Position numbers and translations under genes: made by a program
Notes under the pieces: generated by a model
The model's database searches: none
Seen by the model: the letters and a program-made list of their open reading frames with translations, nothing else
What the model was told of the DNA's origin: nothing
In this document: in pieces, positions 1 to 9,735 of the stretch
Layout of the letters: every line of letters starts with the position of its first letter
Numbering within the stretch: the first letter of the stretch is position 1
Source of the DNA: Candidatus Eiseniibacteriota bacterium
GTDB taxonomy: Bacteria; Eisenbacteria; RBG-16-71-46; CAVPCR01
DNA length: 64,000 bases
Direction of reading: 5' to 3'
Assembly (NCBI GenBank): GCA_963823555.1
Contig: CAWGMA010000002.1
Coordinates: 288,001 to 352,000 of the forward strand

Positions 1-791
1 TCGTTCTCGCGCGTGGCGAGCGCCGAGTCGCCGTGGGCCAGGTACTCCTCGGCGTAGCGCAGGTGAGCGCGCACGAGATCGCCGGCCTCGTGCATCTCGT
101 AGACGCGGCGTATCTCGGCGATGGGCTCGGGATGGTCCTCGACGCGGAGATCGACATACCGCGTGCGGTATTCGGGGTAACGTTCGCTCGGGCGGACGAC
201 CAGGATCGCCGCCGACTGCTGGCCGCGCTTGTCACCGCCCGCCTCCTGGGCTGCTTCGAGGGCGGCGATGAGGCGGCGCGAGAGCTCACCGGGCGTTGTC
301 GTATACGCCCGAGCCATGGCCTCGACCACCGCCTCGCCGGCGAGAATGTTCCCCTGGCATGAATAGCCGGATCCGGCGCGGTGCCCCGCCCAGTCGAGGC
401 AGCCCGATCCGGTGTGCACGGCGACTCGCCCGGCGGCATCGACGATGGCGAGCTGCCGGCGCTCGGGATCGTCATCGCGCGCGAGGAGGGTGTCGAGCGC
501 GGATTGCGCGTCGAGGCCCGCCGCGAGGAGCGCGAGCCCGTTCGGTCCGAACGATTCGTTGGTCGAGGCCTGGGTGGCGATGGCGCCGATCGAGGCTTCG
601 GCCCAGGGCACGGCGGCTCCCACGCTGAACGCGCGGGACTGGACCGCCACCCCGAGCTCGCCGGTGACCGAATCGCGCGCGACGATCGAGAAGGTGCCGG
701 TCGCGGGCTCGGCGCCGACCGCGGGGACGAGCGCCGCAACGAGCCCGATCGCGAGGATCGCCGTGATGAGGATGATCTTGAATCCGTTCAT
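1..791 (-). CDS. DUF1028-family (Ntn-hydrolase-like) secreted protein, 3' end runs off the window
   Basis: Read manually (not in ORF track): ATG at 791 with upstream GGAG; MNGFKIILITAILAIGLVAALVPAVGAEPATGTFSIVARDSVTGELGVAVQSRAFSVGAAVPWAE...QGNILAG...GGDKRGQQSAA...VDLRVEDH, matching DUF1028 motifs. Confidence 0.85.
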   Translation of the reverse strand, partial: MNGFKIILITAILAIGLVAALVPAVGAEPATGTFSIVARDSVTGELGVAVQSRAFSVGAAVPWAEASIGAIATQASTNESFGPNGLALLAAGLDAQSALDTLLARDDDPERRQLAIVDAAGRVAVHTGSGCLDWAGHRAGSGYSCQGNILAGEAVVEAMARAYTTTPGELSRRLIAALEAAQEAGGDKRGQQSAAILVVRPSERYPEYRTRYVDLRVEDHPEPIAEIRRVYEMHEAGDLVRAHLRYAEEYLAHGDSALATREN

Positions 792-945
792 GACGAGGTC
801 TCCCCAGCTCCTGGACGGCGCCGGCGATTATTGGACTCCGCCACGGCGAAATGCAATCGGCTTGTGGGGCGAAGCGGGGTATGCTCGTGCGACTCGAAGC
901 GCTAAGCAGCGCACCTTTCGTCTGGGTTCAGCTGGAGGACGACGG

Positions 946-2913
946 ATGATATCACCGGTGAGCGCGGCCCCCTTTGGATCGTGGAAGTCGCCGATCACGG
1001 CGGATCGCGTCGTGGCGGCGGGGATCCGCATCGCGACCATCCGCCTCGCCGGGGATGACACGTACTGGATCGAGGCCCGGCCCGCGGAGAAGGGGCGTGC
1101 GGTCATCGTCCGGCGGCAGGCGGACGGGAGCACCGCCGACCTTCTTGCCGCGCCCTGGAGCGCCCGCACCCGGGTGCACGAATATGGCGGCGGCGCCTAC
1201 GTGGTCGCCGGGGGAGATGTCCTCTTCAGCCACTTCGACGATCAGCGGCTGTATCGGGTGACGCCAGGGGCGCCGCCCCGGCCCGTCACGCCGGAGCGAG
1301 CGGCGTTTCGCTACGCCGATGCGGCGGTCGATGCTCGGCGCCAGCGTCTCATCTGCGTGCGGGAGGATCATTCCGCGCGCGAGCGGGAGCCCGTGAACAC
1401 CCTGGTCGCGGTCGGCCTCGACGGCCCGCTGGAAGCCGGTCGCGTCCTCGTTGCGGGGCATGACTTCTACTCGTCACCGGCGATTTCGCCCGATGGCGCC
1501 CGCGTTGCCTGGCTCGCCTGGAACCACCCCAACATGCCCTGGGATGGGACGGAGCTGTGGGCGGCCGACATCGCCGCCGACGGGTCCTTCTCCTCTCCGC
1601 AGAAAGTGGCGGGTGGGATGGAGGAATCGATCTTCCAGCCCGGATGGTCGCCGGACGGGGTGCTCCACTTCGTGTCGGATCGCACAGGATTCTGGAACCT
1701 CTTTCGCCTGGATTCCCGCGGCGGCGCCATGGAACCCCTCTGTCCGCTCGACGCCGAGTTCGGCCTGCCGCAGTGGGGCTTCGCCATGTCGACCTACGGC
1801 TTCACGGAGGACGGCCGGATCGCCGCCGCTTACACCCAGGGTGGTGTCTGGCGGCTCCTCGTCCTCGATCCCGAGTCCCGGCGAGCCGACGCGCTGGATC
1901 TCCCCTGGACCGAGATCTCCTCCTATGCCGGGGTCCGTGTTGCCGGTCACCGTGTGGTGTGTGTCGCCGGTTCCGCCACTGAGCCCGAATCGCTGGTGGA
2001 GGTCGACATCCGGTCCGGTGCGACGCAGGTGCTGCGACGTCCGGATGGCGAGGCGGTCGATTCCGACTACTGCTCCGTTCCCGAAGCCATCGAGTTCCCG
2101 ACGACCGGGGAGCGCAAGGCCTACGCCTTCTACTACCGGCCGCGGAACCGGGACTTCGCCGCCCCCACGGGCGAGCGGCCGCCGCTCCTCGTCATGAGCC
2201 ACGGCGGTCCGACCGGGGCGGCGGGGAGCGCGCTCGAGCTCGAGATCCAGTACTGGACGAGCCGTGGTATCGCGGTCCTGAACGTGAACTACGGCGGATC
2301 GTCCGGCTACGGGCGCGCCTACCGCGAGCGGCTGAACGGGCAGTGGGGAGTGGTCGACGTCGATGACTGTGTGAATGGAGCGCTCCATCTCGTGGCGCGC
2401 GGTGAGGTCGATGGCGGGCGGCTCGCGATCACGGGAGGGAGCGCCGGCGGGTTCACGACGCTCTCGGCTCTCACCTTCCGCGATGCGTTCCGGGCGGGCG
2501 CCAGCCACTATGGAGTGAGCGACCTGGAGGCGCTCGCCCGCGACACGCACAAGTTCGAGTCGCGCTACATGGATCGACTGATCGGTCCGTATCCGGAGCG
2601 CAAGGATCTCTACGTGGCGCGCTCGCCGATCCACGCCACGGACCGCCTGTCGTGCCCGGTCATCTTCTTCCAGGGGCTCGATGATCCGGTGGTGCCTCCC
2701 AATCAGGCCGAGCGGATGGTCGAGGCGCTGCGCGAGAAGGGACTGCCGGTGGCCTATGTGGCCTTCCCCGGCGAGCAGCATGGCTTCCGGCAGAGCACGA
2801 ACATGAAGCGCGCGCTGGAGGCGGAGCTCTTCTTCTACTCCCGCGTGTTCGGATTCGAGCTGGCCGATCCGGTCGAGCCGGTGGTGATCGAGAACCTGGG
2901 CGTGGCGCGGTGA
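946..2913 (+). CDS. S9 family (prolyl oligopeptidase/acylaminoacyl) peptidase
   Basis: Start MISPVSAAPFGSWKSPI after GGAGG; beta-propeller region, HGGPT, GGSAGG nucleophile, QGLDDPVV, GEQHGF. Confidence 0.92.
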   Translation: MISPVSAAPFGSWKSPITADRVVAAGIRIATIRLAGDDTYWIEARPAEKGRAVIVRRQADGSTADLLAAPWSARTRVHEYGGGAYVVAGGDVLFSHFDDQRLYRVTPGAPPRPVTPERAAFRYADAAVDARRQRLICVREDHSAREREPVNTLVAVGLDGPLEAGRVLVAGHDFYSSPAISPDGARVAWLAWNHPNMPWDGTELWAADIAADGSFSSPQKVAGGMEESIFQPGWSPDGVLHFVSDRTGFWNLFRLDSRGGAMEPLCPLDAEFGLPQWGFAMSTYGFTEDGRIAAAYTQGGVWRLLVLDPESRRADALDLPWTEISSYAGVRVAGHRVVCVAGSATEPESLVEVDIRSGATQVLRRPDGEAVDSDYCSVPEAIEFPTTGERKAYAFYYRPRNRDFAAPTGERPPLLVMSHGGPTGAAGSALELEIQYWTSRGIAVLNVNYGGSSGYGRAYRERLNGQWGVVDVDDCVNGALHLVARGEVDGGRLAITGGSAGGFTTLSALTFRDAFRAGASHYGVSDLEALARDTHKFESRYMDRLIGPYPERKDLYVARSPIHATDRLSCPVIFFQGLDDPVVPPNQAERMVEALREKGLPVAYVAFPGEQHGFRQSTNMKRALEAELFFYSRVFGFELADPVEPVVIENLGVAR

Positions 2914-2921
2914 ACTGCGTT

Positions 2922-2964
2922 TGACGGCGGGCTGAGGAGCGCCCTCGGCTGCGAACCGCCGTCA
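2922..2964. terminator. Stem-loop between convergent genes
   Basis: TGACGGCGG (2922-2930) / CCGCCGTCA (2956-2964) with an inner GC stem. Confidence 0.55.
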
Positions 2965-2966
2965 GC

Positions 2967-5900
2967 CTATTCCCCGAGCGCCCGCGCTCGTTCGAGGCCC
3001 AGCCTGGCCCCGGCCTGCTCGAAGAGGCTCATCGCCCGTTCCCGATCGGCGAGCGCAGTGTCGCGGTCCCCTACCAGGAAACGGAGGCGCGAGCGCTCCA
3101 TGAGCGCGCGCGCCAGTTCGAGCCTGGCTTCCATCTTCTCGGTGCAGGCGACCGCAAGATCGAGCGAGCGCGCGGCATCCTCCCAGCGCTCCTCGGCCAT
3201 GGCGATCTTGCCTTCGACTCGTCGCGTGACGCCGATGTAGAAGTCGCTCTCCGCCTCGGTGACGATGGCGAGGGCCTCGGCGACCACGGTCTTGGCTTCC
3301 TCGAGCTTGCCGAGGCCGAGCTTGGTCTCAGCCACCGCCCACCAGCTCAGGAACTTCCCCAGGCCGTTGTCGGTGCCCGCAAAGATCGCGCTCTCCCGGG
3401 CGAACGCCGCCTCCGCCGCGGCCCAGTCCTCCTCCTGCATGTGGACGACGGCAAGGGCCCGGTGCGCCTCGGACTGCATCCAGAGCTGGCCGGTCTCGAC
3501 ACCGATGGCAAGTGCGGTCCCGGCCTCGGCGCGGGCGCTCGCGAACTCGCCGCGCTCGGCGTGATTGAGTACGAGGTGGACGTGGAGAAGCGACGCCACG
3601 CGGCGGTCGCCGACTTCCTCGGCGGCGAGGATCGTCGAACGGGCGAACTCGCGGGAGCGGTCCAGCTCACCACCCAGATGGTGGGCGAACGAAGCAGCGA
3701 AGTCGGCCCAGACGACACGATCGCGGGCTCCCAGTTGCAGACCGATGCGACGGTTCTCTGCCGTGTGGGCGAGGGCCGCGCGCCAGCGACCGAGAATGGC
3801 CGTGTCCTCGGCCATGAACTCGTGGCCGAGAGCGATCGCAAGCGGAGCCTGCTTGCGCTCTCCGAGCTCGATGCAGCGCCGAGCCCAGCGCATGCTCTCC
3901 GCGATCCGCCCCATGTGCTGGTAGGCGCCGGCCAGATAGGCGTAGATCGAGAGCAGCGTGTCGGCATCGTCGATCGGCTCGGCGATGCGTTGGGCCTTGG
4001 TGAGGAGCTCAACGGCCTTGCCGTGCTCCATGCGGTAGTGATGATAACGGCCCATCATGGCGGTGGCGACGGCGATCTCCATGGTCTGGGCGGGGTCGAG
4101 CTCGCGCAGGGCCTCCTCGAGAAAGTCGCGGGCTTGCACCTCGCCGCTCGTGACGTAGGCCTCGCCGATCCGGGCCTTGAGCATGGCGCGGCGCCCGGGA
4201 TCGGTGGCCAGCTCGAGCGCACGCTCGAGCGTCTGGCCGGCCACATGGGCGGTGCCGCGCCGGAGATGGACGGCGGCCATGCCCTCGAGCGCCTCCACCT
4301 GCCCGGCGGGAGAGCCCATCGCATCGGCGCACTCGTGTGCTTGCTCGTAGTACTGGATCGCTTCCTCGTGGGCGAAGAGCTGTTCGGCCTTGCGCGCCGC
4401 GCGCCGCGAATACAGAAGGGCCTTGGCAAGGTCGCCCGCGAGCTGGAAGTGGTGCGCGAGATCCTGCACGTGGGCTTCCGTATCGCGGGCATGCAGCGTC
4501 TCGAGCCCATCGCCGATGCGCTGGTGGAGGCGCCGCCGGCGCACCGGGTTCAGCTCCTCGTAGAGCACCTCCCGGATCTTGTCGTGGGTGAAGATGAAGT
4601 TCTCGCCTCGCTCGGGACGCACGAGCTGGACCGCGGCAGCCTCGTCGAGGGCATCGAGGACCTCGTCCTCGTTGCGGGCCGGCGCGAGCGCCGCGGCCAG
4701 CTCGGGGAAGGCGAAGATCTTGCCGAGAGCGGATGCCGCGTGCAGGACCTCCACGCAGCGATCGTCGAGGTGGCTCAACCGCCGTCCGATCGCCTCCTTG
4801 ACGCTCTGCGGCAATGCCAGCTCGCCGACGTCTCGCCGCTGCCAGTCCCCGTGCTCGCGGTAGATCTGTCCCTGCTCGATGAGCGACTTGACCACTTCCT
4901 CGATGAAGAAGGGGTTCCCCTCGGTCTCCCTGTGCATGGCGGTGGCGAACTCGTCCGACACCCGCTCCTGGCCGAAGAGCGTCGCCAGGAGGAGGCCGGT
5001 CTCGGCGGCCGACAGGCGGCCGAGGGCGATGCGGTGGGCGAGCCGTTCGCGATTCCACTCGACGAGCGCCGTGGCCAGTGGGTGGCTCCGGTCGAGCTCC
5101 ATCTCGCGATAGGCGCCGAGGAAGAGAGCGCGGTCGGCGCGCAGGTGACGAACCAGGTAGTGGAGGAGCGAGAGCGTGCCCTGATCGGCCCAGTGCAGAT
5201 CATCGAGAAAGACGAGCACCCCGCCGTCGCCGGCGCGGTCGCGGAAGAAGCGGGCGACGTGATCGAAGAGACGGAGTCGCTCCTCATTGGGAGAGAGCGC
5301 GGGATTGGCGGGCAGGGGACCGAGCTTGCCCTCGATCTCGGGAGCGAGGCGGGCGAGCTCGGGCGCGAGCGGACCGAGATCGGCGGCCAGCTCATCGCGC
5401 CCGCGGCCCTGCACCCAGGCGCGGAGCATCTCGACGAAGGGCAAGTAGGGGGTGGTGGCCTCGAGCTCGTAGCAACCACCGCGCATGACGAGCGCACCCG
5501 AGAGCTGGGCGCCGACCATGGTCTCGCTCGCGAGCCGCGTCTTCCCGATGCCGGGTTCCCCGGAGAGGAGGACGAGCTGGCTCTGCCCGCGTAGCGCGCG
5601 CCGCCAGTGCTCGCGGAGCGCCTGCACCTCGCGCGCGCGGCCCACCAGCCGGCCGCGCGCCAGCTGGTCGAGGAGGACGGTCGTCGAGGTGGGCTCGGCT
5701 TCGGCTTCCGCTTCGATCGCGCCCGGAGCCGTTGATTCCGGCGCCGCGAGCGCGCGGCCGACGTCCTCGGCGGAGGGGAAGCGATCGCCGGGGCGCTTGG
5801 CGAGGAGGCGCATCACCGTCGCCGCGAACGCCGGCGGCAGCTCGGGCTGGAGACGGCGGAGCGGGGGCGCCGGAGTGTGGATGTGCTGGGTGACGATGAC

Positions 5901-6638
5901 CAGGGGATCGTCGCCGGTGAAGGGCGGCCGGCCGCTCGCGAGCTCGTAGAGCAGTGCCCCGAGCGCGTAGAGATCCGCGCGGCCGTCGACGGGATCGCCA
6001 AGGGCCTGCTCGGGAGCGAGATAGAGCGGTGTGCCGACGATCACGCCGTCCGCGGTGAGGTGCGATCCCGGACCCAGGCGTGCCACGCCGAGGTCGGCGA
6101 GCTTGGTGCTGATCTCGCCGTGTTCCTCGATCACGAGCACGTTCTCGGGCTTCAGGTCCCGGTGCACGATGCCCTGGGCGTGGGCGTGGGCCAGTGCGTC
6201 GCAGAGCTGGAGCCCGATCCGGCGGGTCACCTCGAGCGGTAGCGGCGCGCCGCCGGTCAGCTCCCGCAGGCTCCGGCCCTCCACCAGCTCGAGCACGATG
6301 AAGGGCGTGCCATCGGTCTCACCGGCATCGTGGATGCTCACGATGTGCGGGTGATTGAGCCGTGCCGCGGCGCGCGCCTCACGGAGGAGGCGGGCGCGTC
6401 CCGCGGTCCCGACCCCGGGATCGGCAAGGAGCTTGAGCGCCACGTCGCGGTCGAGAGTCCGATCGTGGGCGCGATAGACGACCCCCATCCCGCCGCGTCC
6501 GAGCACCGAATCCAGCCGGTAGCGGCCGGCGAGAACGGCGCCGACCGCCGGGAGATCGGCGGTGCGAGCTGCGGGAGCCGCCGGTGGCGCCTGGGTGCCG
6601 GCTCTCGTCTCGTGAATGGGATCTTGGTTCGAGCTCAT
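2967..6638 (-). CDS. Hanks-type Ser/Thr kinase fused to AAA (STAND-like) ATPase and TPR repeats
   Basis: LGRGGMGVVY, VALK, HRDLKPEN, DLG, GTPLYLAPE; Walker A GEPGIGKT, Walker B VFLDDLHWAD, GNPFF; helical repeat C-terminus. Start chosen at MSSNQD. Confidence 0.9.
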   Translation of the reverse strand: MSSNQDPIHETRAGTQAPPAAPAARTADLPAVGAVLAGRYRLDSVLGRGGMGVVYRAHDRTLDRDVALKLLADPGVGTAGRARLLREARAAARLNHPHIVSIHDAGETDGTPFIVLELVEGRSLRELTGGAPLPLEVTRRIGLQLCDALAHAHAQGIVHRDLKPENVLVIEEHGEISTKLADLGVARLGPGSHLTADGVIVGTPLYLAPEQALGDPVDGRADLYALGALLYELASGRPPFTGDDPLVIVTQHIHTPAPPLRRLQPELPPAFAATVMRLLAKRPGDRFPSAEDVGRALAAPESTAPGAIEAEAEAEPTSTTVLLDQLARGRLVGRAREVQALREHWRRALRGQSQLVLLSGEPGIGKTRLASETMVGAQLSGALVMRGGCYELEATTPYLPFVEMLRAWVQGRGRDELAADLGPLAPELARLAPEIEGKLGPLPANPALSPNEERLRLFDHVARFFRDRAGDGGVLVFLDDLHWADQGTLSLLHYLVRHLRADRALFLGAYREMELDRSHPLATALVEWNRERLAHRIALGRLSAAETGLLLATLFGQERVSDEFATAMHRETEGNPFFIEEVVKSLIEQGQIYREHGDWQRRDVGELALPQSVKEAIGRRLSHLDDRCVEVLHAASALGKIFAFPELAAALAPARNEDEVLDALDEAAAVQLVRPERGENFIFTHDKIREVLYEELNPVRRRRLHQRIGDGLETLHARDTEAHVQDLAHHFQLAGDLAKALLYSRRAARKAEQLFAHEEAIQYYEQAHECADAMGSPAGQVEALEGMAAVHLRRGTAHVAGQTLERALELATDPGRRAMLKARIGEAYVTSGEVQARDFLEEALRELDPAQTMEIAVATAMMGRYHHYRMEHGKAVELLTKAQRIAEPIDDADTLLSIYAYLAGAYQHMGRIAESMRWARRCIELGERKQAPLAIALGHEFMAEDTAILGRWRAALAHTAENRRIGLQLGARDRVVWADFAASFAHHLGGELDRSREFARSTILAAEEVGDRRVASLLHVHLVLNHAERGEFASARAEAGTALAIGVETGQLWMQSEAHRALAVVHMQEEDWAAAEAAFARESAIFAGTDNGLGKFLSWWAVAETKLGLGKLEEAKTVVAEALAIVTEAESDFYIGVTRRVEGKIAMAEERWEDAARSLDLAVACTEKMEARLELARALMERSRLRFLVGDRDTALADRERAMSLFEQAGARLGLERARALGE

Positions 6639-6729
6639 TCGGGATCCTGATCGGAGACCGGGGGGTGAAAGGATGCGAGGGTGTCGATGATGCGCGAAAC
6701 GCGCGCTCGCGTCCAGCGGCAAGCGTCCG

Positions 6730-7692
6730 CTAGGCGGCGAAGCGAGAGAGGCCCACCTCGCGAGCGTAACCGTAGGCTTCCTCCAGCTCGCTCACGGTCG
6801 GTCTGCGGTTGATCTCCGGATAGTTGCCCGGACCGACCTTGCCCGCGGGGCGGTACTGATCCATGAGGTTCAAGAAGGTCCCGGGTGAGATATCTCTGGC
6901 AAGGAAGCGCAGGATTTCACGAGTCTCCGCCATCAATCCCGGCATGACCAGATGGCGCACGAGCAGGCCGCGCGCGGCGAGGCCCTCGGCCGTGAGGACG
7001 AGATCGCCTACCTGGCGATGCATCTCGCGGAAGGCGGCCCGGGCGGCTGCGGGGTATCCCGGACACTTGAGATAGCGCCGCGCGGCTTCCTCGCTCCACA
7101 GCTTGAAGTCGGGCATGTAGATGTCGACGATGCCGTCGAGCAGGCGAAGGCTCTCGAACGAGTCGAAGCCGCTCGTGTTGTAGACGATGGGGATGCGGAG
7201 CCCGTCGGGGATGGCCAGCTCGAGCGCCTCGAGCACCTGCGGGACCACGTGCTCGGGTGTGACGAGGTTCACGTTGTGGCAACCGGCGAGCTGGAGCTCG
7301 AGCATCATGCGCGCCGTGCGTTCCGGGGGCAGCTCAGCGCCGGCATCGCGCTGGCTGATATCGAAGTTCTGGCAGAAGACGCAGCGCAGGTTGCAGCGGG
7401 CGAAGAAGATGGTGCCGCTGCCACGCCAGCCGCGGAGGCAATCCTCCTCACCGTGGTGTGGGAAGTAGCTCGATACGCGCGCGTGGCGACCGGTGTGGCA
7501 GATGCGCTCCTCCCCGCGGAGCCGATCGATGCCGCAGTCCCAGGGGCAGACGCGGCAGTGGGCCAGGGCCTCGCGCGCGACGGCGACCCGGCGTGCGAGC
7601 TCGCCCGAGCGATGCAGCTCGACATAGTGCGGGATCCGCCCCCGGGCCGGCAGCGCGGACGGCCGCGCGTTCCCTGGCGGGCGGCGGATCAT
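6730..7692 (-). CDS. PflX-like radical SAM protein
   Basis: CRVCPWDC, HHGEEDCL, GSGTIFFARCNLRCVFCQN (CxxxCxxC), HNVNLVTP, YMPDFK, VRHLVMPG. Confidence 0.88.
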   Translation of the reverse strand: MIRRPPGNARPSALPARGRIPHYVELHRSGELARRVAVAREALAHCRVCPWDCGIDRLRGEERICHTGRHARVSSYFPHHGEEDCLRGWRGSGTIFFARCNLRCVFCQNFDISQRDAGAELPPERTARMMLELQLAGCHNVNLVTPEHVVPQVLEALELAIPDGLRIPIVYNTSGFDSFESLRLLDGIVDIYMPDFKLWSEEAARRYLKCPGYPAAARAAFREMHRQVGDLVLTAEGLAARGLLVRHLVMPGLMAETREILRFLARDISPGTFLNLMDQYRPAGKVGPGNYPEINRRPTVSELEEAYGYAREVGLSRFAA

Positions 7693-7720
7693 CGCCGCCA
7701 GACGACGAGAGAGCGACGCA

Positions 7721-9424
7721 TCATCGATCGAGTACGACGAGCCGAGAGGTCTCGCTCATCACGTGCCCGCTGGCGTCGCGGGCATCCACGGTCAGGAAGT
7801 ACACACCCGCGGGAAGCTCCGGGGTCCCCGCCAGCGGCCAGGCGAACTCGTGGCGGGTGGCGCTCCCGCCCGCGACGCGCCTGGCCAAGGGGATCCGCCG
7901 CCCGGCGGCGTTCACCAGCGCGACGCGCTCGAGCGCGAAGGGACGATCGGCAGCGAGGACCAGCCGCGACGAGGTCACGATCGGGTGCGGTCCGAAGGAG
8001 ATGCGGAGCCCCGCGGCCGGAGGCGCGCCGCCGGCCGTACCGATCCCGGCTGCACCACCGGTATTGAGAAAGAGCTCCACCGGGCCGTTCGCCACGCCGA
8101 TGGCGAGATCGAGGAGTCCATCCCCGTTCACGTCGCCGAAGGCGAGCGCGGTACCGCTCGAGGCGGCGTCGTACTGCCAGTCGGCGAGCGTCGGCAGCAC
8201 GCCGCCCGTGTTCAGGTAGATGCGCGCGTGCCCGTTGCCGAAGTTGATGGTCGCGAGGTCCTCGTCGCCATCGTGATCGATGTCCGCCCAGGCCAGGTCC
8301 TGGCAGCCGTGGTACGACTCGCCCGAGGACCACACCGGGAGCGCCCCGAGGATCGTGCCCTCGTTCTCGAAGAGCCAGTCGGGGCCGCCGTTGCCGCCCA
8401 CGGCGAGGTCGGGCATCGCGTCGGCGTTGACCCGCGACCAGCCGATCCCCTTGTCGGTGCGCTCGGGATGCCCGGTCGTCCAGCCGAAACCGGTGTCGAG
8501 CGTCGTGCCCTGGTTCAGGAAGACGCCGGTCTGCCAGTTCACCCACCCCGAGACGGCGAGATCGAGCCGCCCGTCGCCGTTCATGTCGCCCCAGTCGACA
8601 TCGTTGGTGATGCCGATCTGGGCCGAGGACCAGGAGGGCACGGTCTCGAGCCCGGTGCCGAGGTTCCGGAAGAGGTAGGTCGGGCGATACGGATCTACCG
8701 AGTTCCCCTGATTCGCCGTGGCGACATCCACGTCGCCGTCCTGGTCGAAGTCCGCGAGCGCGCAGCCGATCGCCCAGCAGTTGTCGCTCGAGAGCCAGGC
8801 CGATGACGTCGGCAAGAGGCCGTCGAGGCCGAAGAAGACCTGATTCGGCTGCAGCGACTGCCCGCCATTGGCGACGAAGAGGTCGGGATAGGCATCCGCG
8901 TTGATGCGCCCCCAATCGGCATCGGTCGTGTGCCTCTCGTCGATCGAGATCCAGCTCGGCTCGTTCTCGAGCATGCCGCCCACGTTCAGGTAGATGAAAT
9001 TGTAGTAGTCGACGAGCGGCGGGAATTGCTGGGCGTAATAGGTGCCCACGAAGAGATCCTCGTCGCCGTCATGATCTGCATCGCCGAAGACGAGGGTGCC
9101 GACGGCGCGTACCCGCGTCCCGACCCAGTCGGGAACCGCGGGCAGCGGCACCGTGGAGCGGTTGAAGATCTCGCGCGGTTCGTCTTGCACGAAGCCGTCG
9201 GGGGCGAGGGCGGGGTCGTCCCGCTCGGCGGGAGTCGCCGGCCGGCAGGTGCACGGGGCCGAGACGAGACCGTCGGGGGAGACATGGGTGTGCGGTGAGG
9301 CGGTGGCCAGGGTAGCCGCTGCGAGGGCGAAGAGTGTCGTGGCCAGAAGAGCCGCCCCCAGCGGGCGCGACCTGGGGGCCGGATGTCCTTGGCTCCTGAT
9401 GAGTTCACAAGCTGGCTGAGGCAT
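7721..9424 (-). CDS. Secreted FG-GAP/VCBS-repeat beta-propeller protein with a degenerate CTD-like tail
   Basis: Repeated GD.D.DGD.DL motifs; hydrophobic N-terminus; RBS GGAGAGG; C-terminal 'NAAGRRI...LPAGVYFL'. Confidence 0.85.
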   Translation of the reverse strand: MPQPACELIRSQGHPAPRSRPLGAALLATTLFALAAATLATASPHTHVSPDGLVSAPCTCRPATPAERDDPALAPDGFVQDEPREIFNRSTVPLPAVPDWVGTRVRAVGTLVFGDADHDGDEDLFVGTYYAQQFPPLVDYYNFIYLNVGGMLENEPSWISIDERHTTDADWGRINADAYPDLFVANGGQSLQPNQVFFGLDGLLPTSSAWLSSDNCWAIGCALADFDQDGDVDVATANQGNSVDPYRPTYLFRNLGTGLETVPSWSSAQIGITNDVDWGDMNGDGRLDLAVSGWVNWQTGVFLNQGTTLDTGFGWTTGHPERTDKGIGWSRVNADAMPDLAVGGNGGPDWLFENEGTILGALPVWSSGESYHGCQDLAWADIDHDGDEDLATINFGNGHARIYLNTGGVLPTLADWQYDAASSGTALAFGDVNGDGLLDLAIGVANGPVELFLNTGGAAGIGTAGGAPPAAGLRISFGPHPIVTSSRLVLAADRPFALERVALVNAAGRRIPLARRVAGGSATRHEFAWPLAGTPELPAGVYFLTVDARDASGHVMSETSRLVVLDR

Positions 9425-9735
9425 GACGGGGTCCTCTCCACTGGGCTTGGATGCTTCACGCTGAGGCGCCTCACGATTATCCCACAGCTTGGCCCCTCGT
9501 TGGCGCCGGGATGGCGACCGCCTGGGTGGAATGCCCCATGCTCCAGTCGCTGCTATCAAGGTGTGGGCCGTTCCGGATTCGAGTCAGCATGGGGGCGGAG
9601 CTGACCGAAAACTCACCTTGGAAGCGCGACTTCGCTGCTCCTGGCGGGACCTTGGTCGTCGATCGCGCCGCTTGGGGGCGGAGAAGTCCTATCTTGTCGC
9701 GCCGCGCCGGACGCGCGGCGCCCGCGGAGGACCTC

